Part shown: piece by piece, positions 40,047 through 50,585 of the stretch
How positions within the stretch are numbered: the first letter of the stretch is position 1
Layout: each line of letters starts with the position of its first letter
Assembly: GCA_965205865.1 (NCBI GenBank)
Contig: CBDBHR010000030.1
Coordinates: forward strand, 256,001-320,000
Reading direction: 5' to 3'
DNA: 64,000 bases
Source of the DNA: a bacterium
Lineage (GTDB): Bacteria > SAR324 > NAC60-12
Notes under the pieces: model-generated
Seen by the model: only the letters and a program-made list of their open reading frames with translations
Database searches by the model: none
Told to the model about the DNA's origin: nothing
Program-made: the position numbers and the translations under genes

Positions 40047-40964
40047 TCATTTCTGCAGAAAGACCGGCATTACTTCTTCAATATAGCTCTCAAATGCATC
40101 CCAGTTTATTGGCGGACGAAACGCAATATTTAGCCCATTAATGCCGGTCTCGGCGTATTGACCAATGCGATCGATTGCTTGTTGGGGAGAGCCTGAAATC
40201 ACGCCGGAGGCAATGTTTGCCGGAATCTCAACGAGTGGAGTGGCATCTCCTTTACCGGAATTCATGAAAAACCCGACATTGGTGCTTGTTTCCAATTCAG
40301 CCGGATCTCTTCCTATTTTCTCACAGGCTCTCCCAAGCCTTTGCAGTCGATCCTTGACAGTCTCGGGTGAGACGTACGGAATATTGAAGCCACCTGCATA
40401 CTTTGCCGCAAATTGAGGAGTTCTTACTTTACCTTTTCCTCCTACCCACAACCGTATTTTTGGGTTGTAGGGCTTGGGACTGGCGACAGCGTCGGTGATG
40501 TTATAATAATTGCCTTTGAAGTTGGTGACGGGATCATGCCACAATGAATGGATGATCCGCAGCACCTCCTCTAACTGATCCAGGCGCTTGCCCACACGCG
40601 GGAAACTATATCCAAAATCCTGAAATTCTTCCTCAAACCAACCAGCTCCTATGCCAATTTCAGCACGTCCTCGAGAAATATGGTCGATGGTGATTGCGGC
40701 TTTTGCCAAAAGCCCCGGATTGCGAAACAAGGCGCAAAAAACCAGACAACCTACTCTCACTTTTTGAGTTGATGCCGCAAGTGCCGCCATCGCCGCAACA
40801 GCTTCGAAACAAGGATTTTCTCGTGATTGGAGTGGATTGGCATAAAAGTGATCCCAAACTGAGACCCAGTGAAAACCTGCTTCCTCCGCGCGGCGCCAAA
40901 TTCGTTGAAGTTCCTCCATGGAGAGATCCTGTGGACCTGTGTGAATTCCAAGTTTCAGTTTCAT
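40047..40964 (-). CDS. LLM-class (luciferase-like) oxidoreductase
   Basis: WDHF, RNPGLLAK, GRAEIGIGAGW.EEE, SPKP. Confidence 0.9.
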   Translation of the reverse strand: MKLKLGIHTGPQDLSMEELQRIWRRAEEAGFHWVSVWDHFYANPLQSRENPCFEAVAAMAALAASTQKVRVGCLVFCALFRNPGLLAKAAITIDHISRGRAEIGIGAGWFEEEFQDFGYSFPRVGKRLDQLEEVLRIIHSLWHDPVTNFKGNYYNITDAVASPKPYNPKIRLWVGGKGKVRTPQFAAKYAGGFNIPYVSPETVKDRLQRLGRACEKIGRDPAELETSTNVGFFMNSGKGDATPLVEIPANIASGVISGSPQQAIDRIGQYAETGINGLNIAFRPPINWDAFESYIEEVMPVFLQK

Positions 40965-41021
40965 ATCGTTCCTTTTGTCAGTATGGTTGGAAAAAGGCTT
41001 ATTCTGGCTGCCAGGGGGAGA

Positions 41022-41915
41022 TCAGGTTTTAGAAGCTTGATATATGCTTTCAATAGAGGCGCCCAGCATCGCATTGAATTCCTCATCGGATTGTTGAGCA
41101 GTCAAGCCTTCCGTTAACGCACGTGAGAAACTCGCAATCATCCGATTTTGTCGCGCCAGCCTCGCATTGGCTTCTTCTCGACTGTAACCGCCGGATAGGG
41201 CGACCACTCTCAGAACATTTGGATGGTCGATACAGTCTAAATAAAAATTGTCTTCTTCAGGCAATGTCAACTTGAACATCACGAGTTGTCCCTCGCCCAA
41301 TTGATCCAGTCCGTTGAGAATCTCTTTTTTCAGTAACATCTCCGCTTTTGCCTTGTTCGGACAGTGAATATCTATTTCCGGCTCGAGAATGGGTACCAGA
41401 CCGCTATTGAGGATACGTCGGCCGATTTCGAATTGCTGCTTGGCGACGGCAGTCACTCCTGCCGGGTCAGCCTGTTTGATGACGGAGCGCATCTTCGTAC
41501 CAAAAATTCCTTTCGACTTCGCTTTTTCCAACAGTGCGTCCAGAGTCGGCATGGGTTTCATCACTTGGCTCCCGTCTTGATCTTCTGCCAACCCTTTGTC
41601 AATTTTGAGAATCGGCGCCACCTGTTTCACATTCCATAAATAATCTGCCGAGGCCATACCTCCGATGTCCCGGTCCATTGTATTTTCGAACAGTATGGAA
41701 CCCAGAATTCTTTCACCCGTGAATTGCGGACTGCTGATGATGCGTGTTCTCATTTGGTGGACGAGGGTGTACATATCTCCTTCGCCGGACCATGCATTTT
41801 CGTTAACGCCATAGAGGCGGAGCGCCTTGGGAGTGCTGCCACCGCTTTGGTCGAGTGCCGCAATGAATCCAGCTTTATTTTTAAATTGTTCGAGTTGTTG
41901 TTCGTGATTGCTCAT
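41022..41915 (-). CDS. fda: Fructose-bisphosphate aldolase class I
   Basis: GFIAALDQSGGSTPKAL, FGTKMRSVI, VALSGGY, ASFSRAL. Confidence 0.93.
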   Translation of the reverse strand: MSNHEQQLEQFKNKAGFIAALDQSGGSTPKALRLYGVNENAWSGEGDMYTLVHQMRTRIISSPQFTGERILGSILFENTMDRDIGGMASADYLWNVKQVAPILKIDKGLAEDQDGSQVMKPMPTLDALLEKAKSKGIFGTKMRSVIKQADPAGVTAVAKQQFEIGRRILNSGLVPILEPEIDIHCPNKAKAEMLLKKEILNGLDQLGEGQLVMFKLTLPEEDNFYLDCIDHPNVLRVVALSGGYSREEANARLARQNRMIASFSRALTEGLTAQQSDEEFNAMLGASIESIYQASKT

Positions 41916-42370
41916 GATACTCCTTATAATTGAGATTTTTTGATACGCTCATATAGTCATTAATAGCATCAATCCCAGGGTTGTCAAGCGTGCCGTCGAA
42001 CTCTTCGGAAACAGTACCAATCCTGCCCTGGCAAAATTTGATTGCCTTTTTTCCGGCAAGCTCTTATTGGAGATTTGCCTTGTTGTTTGGCAGTTGAAAT
42101 GTATCTGCGCTTGCCAATTCATGATACTTTGATCTTGTCGAAAATGTTTCCCCGCGGTTTGCCGCGCGCCTAATCGTTCCGTCGCTTTTCTGCAGAATGC
42201 ATATGCAGACGCCTTGCGTTTCTTCAGACTGCGAAGCGATCGAATCGGCGTTCCCTTGAAAATCGTGGGAATAATCTGAATACCCCTTAATTTGTTGCAC
42301 TGGTGTTTTTTTCAATCTCCTGCGGTAGATTTTCAATCTTCAGGCGATTCCTTCCTTTCCCGTAAAACAG

Positions 42371-45229
42371 ATGAAAGAGAGAGTAGAGTTCAAAAGAAAT
42401 TTGGGATTGTTCATGGCAGTGATGATTGGTATTGGCGCGATGATTGGTCCCGGGGTTTTCGCGTTACCTGGTGAATTGGCTCATATGGTGGGCCCTTTGG
42501 GAATTTTTGTTTACCTGGCCATGGGGGGATTGGCTCTCGTTATTGCTCTGAATTATAGTGTACTCGGCGCGGCAATTCCGATTGCTGGTGGCGGCTATTC
42601 TTTTGCCAGTCGAACTCTTCCCAAACCGATTTCATTTTTTACTGGATGGTTCCTTTGGGTAGGAAACACAGCCGCCTGCGCAATGTATGTCATCATTTTT
42701 GCTCTGACCATCCGGGCTTATTTCTGGCCGGAAGCCAACATCATTCTGTTGACTTCTCTGACCACCCTGATCTTCACCGCCGTTAACTTACGTGGCATGT
42801 CGGAATCGATCAAAGTCATCATCCTCATGAACCTGGTAGAATTGGCTGTACTTTTAGTGATTGCCTTGCTGGGTATTTCCAAAGTGGAACTTCCCAACCT
42901 GCAACCATTAGCCCCGTTGGGATTCGAGGGATTCATTCCTGCTATGGCCTTGATTTACATTTCCTATGCAGGTTTCGATCTCATTGCGGATGCTTCTGAA
43001 GAAATTATCAATCCTGGTAAAACGATCCCACGCGCCATCCTCATCACGGTTGCGGTCGGGATAGGGATATATGTGTTTGTAGTGGGGATCATGATGGCGA
43101 CCGTCCATTATACGGAGTTGGCAGAAAGCGAAGTCCCTTTTATTTATGCTGCCGAGCGCATTGTGGGCGCCTGGGGACGTTGGGCAGCCATTGTAGCAAC
43201 AATAATGGCCAGTCTTTCCGCTTTCTCCGTCACTTTGGGCGCCAGTGGTCGAGTATTGTACGCTTTGGGGCGAGATCGCCATTTCCCCCTTTTTTTTGCA
43301 GCCCTTCATCCACGTTATCAAACCCCTTACATTGCTCTTTTCATTTGCGCACTGATGATCATGTTGGTCAGTGCCACAGGAATCATCAAATTTGTTGCAT
43401 CCGTCGCTGACTTCGGCTATCTGATGGGAGTGGGCATTGTTAACTGTACAGTGATTGCGCTTCATAAAAAAATGCCCAATTTGAGACGTCCGTTCAAAAC
43501 TTTTTTTTTCCCATGGATTCCCCTCTTGGGTGCGGTTTCATGCTGGCTTTTTGTGCTGGCCCTGGAGCAGAGAAGCCTCATTCTGGGAGGGATCATGACG
43601 CTGGTCGGGGCAGGCGTTTACTTGCTGCAGCCTGCCAACCGCAGTGAACTCCGTAAATTGTACGATCATGTTTATGCCCGCTTGAAAAGGTGGGTTGTTT
43701 CAAGAAGGAGAAAACGTATGCGAGTGCTTATTATCGGAGGTGGAAGGCTTGGTAAAAGTGTTGCCAATCAGCTCTTAATGAAGGACGAGCAACGTGCTAT
43801 TTTTCGCTCAGCAGAACATCAAGTAACCTTTGTTGAAAAAGATGAGCGGCGTTGTCATGAGTTGGAACAGCATTACAATGTTCCCATATACCAGGGAGAC
43901 GGAACCGACAAAGGATTGCTGGAACAAATAGAGCTGAAGCAGATGGACGTGGTGATTGCCGCATTGAATAATGACAACCAAAATGTGGTGGCTTCCCTGC
44001 AAGCCAAACGCCTGGGCGCTTCCTTGGTGATATCCCTTGTCATTGATTCGGATTATGTTCCTCTCTTGGAAGAAAACAATGTAGTGGCCATCAGTACCCC
44101 CAAAGCCAGCGCAATCATGGTGGAAAATTACCTGGAACGCCCTGGAATCGCTGAACTCTTCGAATTGGGTGGGGGTGAAGGCAGTCTTGCCGGGGTTTTC
44201 GTTGAAAAAAATGCGGAGGTGATTGGAAAAGTTCTAAAAAATATTCAGCTTCCCATGGAATGTATTGCCGCGGCCGTCATCCGTGAAAAAAAATTCCTGG
44301 TTCCGCGAGGGGATACTATCATCTATGAAAAAGACTATGTGCTTTTTGTAGGCTTGACACCCGCGATCAAAAAAGCCCGCGAGGTGTTTATGGTGGCAGC
44401 CCGTCGTAAAGCCATTCAGGGAGGTTCAATATTTCAATTGGTAGAACGCATGCGACGAAGAAAAACCGATGAGTTGGATCGCGAATTACGAGGAATTATT
44501 AAGAAAAGAGCAACGACGGAGAAAGACCCCTTTGACACACTTGTCGATCAAGCCCTCGTGCTTGATCTTACCACCGCAATGAGTTTTGAGACGGTTGCGC
44601 AAAAAGTCTCGGCCGAAATGTCGAAGCGATTGTCCATCCGTCCTGAAGATCTGGAAGCGGGTTTCCTGGAAGGCAATGAAGTCGGGATGACTCCCGCAGC
44701 AGATGGAGTGGCACTGCCCCATTTGCGTTTTTCTGACATTGACCGTTCTGAATTGGCGCTGGTGCGTTCTATTTCGGGCAATGCTTCTGCCGAGGATGAA
44801 CCTGCGATGAAAAAAATTTCAGATCAGCCCATCCATGCGTTTTTCTTTCTGGTCAGTCCTGAGGAAGACCCGGCGCAACACTTGAGGATTCTGGCTCGCA
44901 TTGCTGAATGTGTGAACCATGCCCACTTCATGCAAGAGTGGCTGACAGCCCGCAACGAACAGGAATTGAAAGAAACTTTGATACAGAAAGAACTCTTCTT
45001 TTCCCTGCGGTTGCACAAGGATTCAAAAACCGCCAACCTGATTGGCCACAAAATCAGTGAATTGCAACTGCCCGATGAGATCATGGTGGCACTGATTCAC
45101 CGCAACAACCGAATCGTCGTCCCACGTAGACATATTGTACTCGAGGAAGAAGATCGCTTGACCATTGTGGGAGAAGCCGAAGGGATTCAACAATTTCGTG
45201 AACAATATGACGACAAAAAAGGAGACTGA
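42371..45229 (+). CDS. APC-family permease fused to TrkA-N, TrkA-C, PTS EIIA-like and TrkA-C domains
   Basis: GAMIGPGVF, AGGGY; IIGGGRLG; VPRGDT; GVALPHLR...HLRILARIA; C-terminal RCK-C. Confidence 0.85.
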   Translation: MKERVEFKRNLGLFMAVMIGIGAMIGPGVFALPGELAHMVGPLGIFVYLAMGGLALVIALNYSVLGAAIPIAGGGYSFASRTLPKPISFFTGWFLWVGNTAACAMYVIIFALTIRAYFWPEANIILLTSLTTLIFTAVNLRGMSESIKVIILMNLVELAVLLVIALLGISKVELPNLQPLAPLGFEGFIPAMALIYISYAGFDLIADASEEIINPGKTIPRAILITVAVGIGIYVFVVGIMMATVHYTELAESEVPFIYAAERIVGAWGRWAAIVATIMASLSAFSVTLGASGRVLYALGRDRHFPLFFAALHPRYQTPYIALFICALMIMLVSATGIIKFVASVADFGYLMGVGIVNCTVIALHKKMPNLRRPFKTFFFPWIPLLGAVSCWLFVLALEQRSLILGGIMTLVGAGVYLLQPANRSELRKLYDHVYARLKRWVVSRRRKRMRVLIIGGGRLGKSVANQLLMKDEQRAIFRSAEHQVTFVEKDERRCHELEQHYNVPIYQGDGTDKGLLEQIELKQMDVVIAALNNDNQNVVASLQAKRLGASLVISLVIDSDYVPLLEENNVVAISTPKASAIMVENYLERPGIAELFELGGGEGSLAGVFVEKNAEVIGKVLKNIQLPMECIAAAVIREKKFLVPRGDTIIYEKDYVLFVGLTPAIKKAREVFMVAARRKAIQGGSIFQLVERMRRRKTDELDRELRGIIKKRATTEKDPFDTLVDQALVLDLTTAMSFETVAQKVSAEMSKRLSIRPEDLEAGFLEGNEVGMTPAADGVALPHLRFSDIDRSELALVRSISGNASAEDEPAMKKISDQPIHAFFFLVSPEEDPAQHLRILARIAECVNHAHFMQEWLTARNEQELKETLIQKELFFSLRLHKDSKTANLIGHKISELQLPDEIMVALIHRNNRIVVPRRHIVLEEEDRLTIVGEAEGIQQFREQYDDKKGD

Positions 45230-45470
45230 ATCAGGTTTCAGATGAGTGGCAGAAAAAAGCAATCCATGAGATCGGGTCCACCTGGTCGCGTGATTTGACG
45301 AAAAGGTTGTATATTCCGATTTTAATTGCAAAAAGAAGGAATTTGTTATAAATCACACGGATGATCCCTTGAGTTTGCCTAATCTGGTTAAGAACGACGG
45401 GTTATGTAGGATTCCGCATCCATTCGGTTTTATGCCAGACCTTTGATGTTTACGTTTATGAGGAGGAGAT

Positions 45471-46373
45471 ATGAGTATCAAACAAAATATTGAAATTAAA
45501 GGCAGTGATCTGGACAAAGCGATTTTTGAATTATTTGACGAGTACGTCCATAGCGACATCAACCGACGGGAGTTTATGGATAAGCTCTCTAAATATGCAG
45601 TTGCCGGTCTCACGGCTTCTGCAATCTTTGAATTTCTGGCGCCACGCTATGCGGAGGCGGTACAAATCGAAAAAAATGACCCGCGATTGAGTTCCGAAAC
45701 CATCGAGTACGCTTCACACAAGGGAGCGGGAACCATGCGCGGTCTGCTTTCCCGTCCTGCCAATAATAATAAAAAACTGCCGGGGATTGTGGTTGTTCAT
45801 GAAAACAGAGGTTTGAATCCCTATGTCGAAGACGTGGCGCGGCGGGTAGGTATTGCGGATTTCATAGCCCTGGCTCCCGATGCCCTGACCCCCTTTGGTG
45901 GCTATCCCGGAACCGACGATGAAGGTAGAACCTTACAGCGAAAACGAACGGGGGATGAAATGCTGGAGGATTTTATTGCTGCCTTTGACACTTTGAAAGC
46001 TCACCCGGAATGCAGTGGCAAAATTGGTGTTGTTGGGTTTTGCTTTGGTGGATTTATTGCCAACATGATGGCCGTCCGCATCCCTGATTTGGCAGCTTCG
46101 GTTCCTTTTTACGGAAGACAGCCCTCCGAAGAAGACGTGCCCGGGATTCGAGCTCCTCTTTTGCTGCACTATGCCGAATTGGACAAGCGAGTCAACGAAG
46201 GCTGGCCGTCATATGAAGCAGCATTGAAAAAAAACAATAAGGAATATACCGCCTACATCTACCCCGATGTCAATCACGGATTCCACAATGACACCACCCC
46301 TCGCTATGACGAATCTGCGGCTGATCTAGCTTGGCGGCGCACTATTGATTTTTTTAAAGCGAAGCTCAGGTAG
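45471..46373 (+). CDS. Dienelactone hydrolase family (YghX-like)
   Basis: RREF twin-Arg-like leader, [22 protein letters not shown]. Confidence 0.92.
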   Translation: MSIKQNIEIKGSDLDKAIFELFDEYVHSDINRREFMDKLSKYAVAGLTASAIFEFLAPRYAEAVQIEKNDPRLSSETIEYASHKGAGTMRGLLSRPANNNKKLPGIVVVHENRGLNPYVEDVARRVGIADFIALAPDALTPFGGYPGTDDEGRTLQRKRTGDEMLEDFIAAFDTLKAHPECSGKIGVVGFCFGGFIANMMAVRIPDLAASVPFYGRQPSEEDVPGIRAPLLLHYAELDKRVNEGWPSYEAALKKNNKEYTAYIYPDVNHGFHNDTTPRYDESAADLAWRRTIDFFKAKLR

Positions 46374-46449
46374 GATTTTATAAAGTTGAGCACCCCGTTA
46401 CCGGAAAACAGCAACTGGATCGGAAATCGTAATAATTTGGAGTTTATTA

Positions 46450-46716
46450 ATGAAATTTACGATATGGAGACGGAACCCGGAAGTCTATTTACGTTTTTTA
46501 GAAAAACATGGTCGTGAGCCTCAGTTTCTTTATGGACAACAGGGAAAATTCAATGAACACATTGCTACCTTCGATACGGAAAACAAAGCAGGCCTCGAAT
46601 CCATATTCTTCGAGTATGTCAACGAATATCCTCCACAGGATGCAGGGGACTTCATCATTGTTCAAGTGGACACAATGCGAATTCAAGAAGTGACTTTCGA
46701 AAACAACCTCCGTTAA
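46450..46716 (+). CDS. Hypothetical protein
   Basis: 88-aa ORF with GGAG RBS. Confidence 0.55.
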   Translation: MKFTIWRRNPEVYLRFLEKHGREPQFLYGQQGKFNEHIATFDTENKAGLESIFFEYVNEYPPQDAGDFIIVQVDTMRIQEVTFENNLR

Positions 46717-46811
46717 CACCAATTTTAGAGACTCGTTAGACGACTCTTGTTTCGAGGTATGCATACTAAGGAACAAACCTTAAATAACCTGTAATTCTTC
46801 CAATGGTGTGA

Positions 46812-46889
46812 GCAAAATTGGGGGACATGTACACCGCTGCGCATCCCAACTCTACTGTTTTCCTGCTGTTACCTGTCCCCTAATTTTGC
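46812..46889. repeat. Inverted-repeat doublet (GGGGACA-type)
   Basis: GCAAAATTGGGGGACATGTACA...TGTTACCTGTCCCCTAATTTTGC. Confidence 0.6.
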
Positions 46890-46977
46890 GTATCCATACT
46901 TCTAACTTATTTAAATTTCATTCCTAATCTCTTTTATTGTATAATACGGGGGACTGATCTTTTTTTGGAATTGAAGC

Positions 46978-47062
<85 letters not shown>

Positions 47063-47250
47063 AGAGGGTAGAAAGAGATGATAGCAACTTGTCCTTGGAT
47101 TGTCGACTCTTTCGCGGCGATCATAAAAGGGTCAACGCGCGGATCGCTCCTCCAGTCCCTCTGGAGATCACCCAGACGGCCGGGCAATAAGAGCTGCTCG
47201 TTGTTGTTAGCGTTATCTTGCGTAGACATGATTGCTCCCCGGATTTTCGG

Positions 47251-48162
47251 CTACTCGCGCTCGCCAGTCAGGGTCGGAACGATGTCTCCCAGAGTGATAC
47301 CGAAGTCGTTTTCCTGGGTGGCTTGAAAAACCGGGGAAAACAACTTGTTGGGACCCGTCCGCCCCTTAAAGCCCCCGAGGTATTGCATCATACGAGGCGT
47401 GGGACTGCCGGCCACCCGATGCCAGTCGATTGGCGTCTCCGGATCGCAAGTGCGTAACGAAATCGCAAGGCGCCGATCGTCGGTCGTCTGCGTAGCGTGG
47501 ATTGTGTTGACGCGCAGCAGCAGCAGGTCGCCGGGCCCCACCTCCGGAGTCTCCATGACCTCCTCGATTTCGAGGTTCTCCTCGTGGTAGTGAACCCCGC
47601 TCCAGTCAGAAAAGTACAAGGTCCCCCCGTCACGAAGTGAGTACAGGCTACTCGCGCCCGAGCGCCGACAGAGGTTAAAGAGTCGTGGCGACTTTTCGCC
47701 AAGCCGATCCCAGGGAATCAGGCGCAGTCCCGTCTCGGTGCGCGAAGGCTTGACCAACGGAATCCAGAAATTGAGATGAGTCCGATTGTACTCCGTCAGG
47801 AAAAAGTGATCGTGATCCTGATGAAAGGTAAGATTGATTACCGGGGTCTGGAGATAGAGGATCTGATAGAGCGCGGCCTTGGCTCCGGTGATTCCCTGGG
47901 CGAAGGCTTCCATGCGCGGACGTATTCTTTGGAAGGTTTCTTTTCGTCCCATTATACTAGAACGCAGCGCTCCCGTTTGACCGGCAACCGGCTTGTCGCC
48001 AAGGTGCCGCGCCGCATGCTTGGTTTTCGCTGGGAGGGAATAGTCTGGGCTGGCATCGAATTCTGCCACGAGGAAGTCGATCTCTTCACGGCTGAGGAAT
48101 TCCGGGATAACGCAGAAGCCCCGTTCCTTGAGCGAGGAGGCGATTGCTTTGTAATCAGTCAT
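47251..48162 (-). CDS. 2OG/Fe(II) dioxygenase (PhyH-like)
   Basis: ERGFCVIPEFLS, FHQDHD, NFWIPL, GDLLL...IHAT...R. Confidence 0.8.
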   Translation of the reverse strand: MTDYKAIASSLKERGFCVIPEFLSREEIDFLVAEFDASPDYSLPAKTKHAARHLGDKPVAGQTGALRSSIMGRKETFQRIRPRMEAFAQGITGAKAALYQILYLQTPVINLTFHQDHDHFFLTEYNRTHLNFWIPLVKPSRTETGLRLIPWDRLGEKSPRLFNLCRRSGASSLYSLRDGGTLYFSDWSGVHYHEENLEIEEVMETPEVGPGDLLLLRVNTIHATQTTDDRRLAISLRTCDPETPIDWHRVAGSPTPRMMQYLGGFKGRTGPNKLFSPVFQATQENDFGITLGDIVPTLTGERE

Positions 48163-48251
48163 GAGTAACCCTTTCTAATTAATTGGAATAAACCCCACCT
48201 CTGGTGGAGAACTTCTATAGGTTTGACCGTTCGCAGCGGTCCTATTTTAGT

Positions 48252-48440
48252 CCTGGAGTGACAAAAGGTAATAGCCCAGCCATTTATGGCTGGGGATAGA
48301 TTTTGATGCTGGATCCAGTCCCGGAGGGACGACACTGAAAGCGCACTGAAGAAAAAGTGTCGTCCCTCTGGGACTAAAAACGTTTTGTGGCATGACCCAG
48401 CCATAAATGGCTGGGCTATGCTCTGTCACCCCTCCAGGGT
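48252..48440. repeat. Long palindromic miniature element
   Basis: ATAGCCCAGCCATTTATGGCTGGG / CCCAGCCATAAATGGCTGGGCTAT outer arms; GTCCCGGAGGGACGACAC / GTGTCGTCCCTCTGGGAC inner arms. Confidence 0.75.
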
Positions 48441-48564
48441 TTTCTCACCTTCACCTGTGTGAGATCGAACCGGACCCCTTGGGGGGACCTGATAAATAGC
48501 CTTTGAGGTGTTCACCTGACTAAGCTACCGACTTTAGCTGATGGTCACTTTAACTTTTATGATT

Positions 48565-49497
48565 TTAACCCTTTTTCACTTTCGCGGCTCCATAGCGACC
48601 CACACCGCCTCGCAACCGGGGGTCGAACAGGTCGCGCAGCGCGTCGCCGAACATATTCAGACTGTAGACAACAACTGTCAGGCAGACACCCGGCCAGAGC
48701 GCCAGCCACGGGGCAGATTCCATGTACTGCATCCCTTCCTGGCTGAGCATGCTGCCCCAGTCCGGTGTACTCGGGGGCAGGCCGTATCCGAGGAATCCGA
48801 GTGCCGCAGCCGAGAGGATGTTGCTGCCGATACTCACTGAAAACACAATCAGCATCGGTGCCATGATGTTCGGCAAGACATGGAGAAAAAGCATTCTGCC
48901 CATGGGTGTACCAACAGCCCGAGCTGCCTGGAAGTAGTCGTTCTCCTTGATTGCGACAACTGCTCCCCGCGGCACGCGAGAACCGCCAATGCCACCGGAG
49001 ACTCCAAGAACCACAATGATTTGCAGTAAGCCGGGGCCTGTCAGCGACATGATCGTCAGCAGCAGCAGCAGGGAAGGAAAAGCCATCCACGCATCAACGA
49101 ATCTCTGCGTCACCAGGTCGAACTTGCCACCGATGAAACCTGAAATGCCGCCGACCAAAATGGCAAAGACGATGTTAAGTGTGGTCGCGGCGAAACCGAC
49201 GAGTAACGAAATGCGGCCGCCGTCGATGAGGCGACTCAACAAATCCCGCCCCACCTGATCGGTGCCGAGCAGGTATTTCATCGAAGGTCCCTGCAGTCTG
49301 TCAAGGACGTGCAACTCGTTGGGGGGGTAAGGGGCAATTATGTCCGCAAAGATGGCGATGAAGATCAGGGTCAGTATGACTCCGCCGCATGCGGTTCCTA
49401 ACGGTTTGGTCTTGACCAGCCGGATCAGGAAATTGTTGAAACCCATCTGCCGTTTTGCCTGAGGTTGGGTTACTGATGTTGTAGTGGCCTCACTCAT
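48565..49497 (-). CDS. Peptide/nickel ABC permease (DppC-like), cluster 1
   Basis: LGTDQVGRD, AARAVG...HVLPN, PDWGSML. Confidence 0.92.
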   Translation of the reverse strand: MSEATTTSVTQPQAKRQMGFNNFLIRLVKTKPLGTACGGVILTLIFIAIFADIIAPYPPNELHVLDRLQGPSMKYLLGTDQVGRDLLSRLIDGGRISLLVGFAATTLNIVFAILVGGISGFIGGKFDLVTQRFVDAWMAFPSLLLLLTIMSLTGPGLLQIIVVLGVSGGIGGSRVPRGAVVAIKENDYFQAARAVGTPMGRMLFLHVLPNIMAPMLIVFSVSIGSNILSAAALGFLGYGLPPSTPDWGSMLSQEGMQYMESAPWLALWPGVCLTVVVYSLNMFGDALRDLFDPRLRGGVGRYGAAKVKKG

Positions 49498-49513
49498 GAT
49501 GTCGCTGACCCCT

Positions 49514-50479
49514 CTAACGGTACCTGATTCTCGGGTCCAAGTATGCGTAGACCAAATCGATGAAGAGATTGTTCAAGAGTACAACTGTCCCGAACACCAG
49601 ATTCACCCCGGAAACCACCGTGTAATCACGGTCTGAAAGTGCAATGAGCAGCAGTCGACCGAGCCCGGGTAGGTTGAAGATGTTTTCCATGATCACCGAG
49701 CCCCCGACCAAAATCGGCAGCTGCAAGCCAATGAGGGTTACGACGGGGATGAGGGCATTCTTGATGCTGTGCCTTAGAACGATGACCTTTTCCTCGAGTC
49801 CCTTGGACCAGGCGGTCCGGATATAGTCCTGCCGGAGTACCTCCAGCATCATGGTGCGTGTCATGCGCATGACAGCGGCGGCCCCGGCCGTGCCAAGGAT
49901 CAGACTGGGAATGAACAAACCCGAGAGGTTCGCTATCGGATCCTCGAAGAAGGGAACCATCTTGAGTGGTGGGGTCCAGCCCCACCAGATCGCAGGGTAG
50001 ACCATCACCATAATGCCCAACCAGAAGTTGGGCGTCGCCAGTCCGATAATGGCAACCGAGCGTCCGACATAGTCGCCGAGTCTGTCCTGCCGAATTGCCG
50101 AGTAGATGCCGACCGGCAGTGCGATGACAAGTCCAATCAAAATCGCGAGGAGTCCGAGTTCAATCGTCACCGGCAACCGTCCGAGAATCCGCTCTCCTAT
50201 CTCCCATTCATGCAAAAGCGACTTCCCAAGGCTGCCGCGCAGGAGCATGTCGCCCAGCCAGCGCCCGTACTGGACGTAGACCGGCTGGTCGAGCCCGAGC
50301 TTGCGCTCGAGCGCCTCGCGATCTGCGTTGGGATCGATGCCACCGCTCTCCATCATCTGCTCCATCAGAACGTCGATGATGTCGCCGGGAATGAAGCGAA
50401 CTGACAGGAAGACCAGGATCGACAGAATGAACAGGGTCGGAATCGTCAGCAGCAGGCGCCTGATCATGTAAGCCCTCAT
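49514..50479 (-). CDS. Peptide/nickel ABC permease (DppB-like), cluster 1
   Basis: LGLDQP, RLPVTIEL, DYIRTAWSKG, LDPRIR. Confidence 0.92.
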   Translation of the reverse strand: MRAYMIRRLLLTIPTLFILSILVFLSVRFIPGDIIDVLMEQMMESGGIDPNADREALERKLGLDQPVYVQYGRWLGDMLLRGSLGKSLLHEWEIGERILGRLPVTIELGLLAILIGLVIALPVGIYSAIRQDRLGDYVGRSVAIIGLATPNFWLGIMVMVYPAIWWGWTPPLKMVPFFEDPIANLSGLFIPSLILGTAGAAAVMRMTRTMMLEVLRQDYIRTAWSKGLEEKVIVLRHSIKNALIPVVTLIGLQLPILVGGSVIMENIFNLPGLGRLLLIALSDRDYTVVSGVNLVFGTVVLLNNLFIDLVYAYLDPRIRYR

Positions 50480-50585
50480 GGCACCATCCCCATCCTGACA
50501 ATAAAAGTGGGATGGCGGGCCGATGCCGCCACCCCACGGGTATCAGTGAGAACCCCATCTCCCGCTAAGGACTCGAAAGGCTCCA

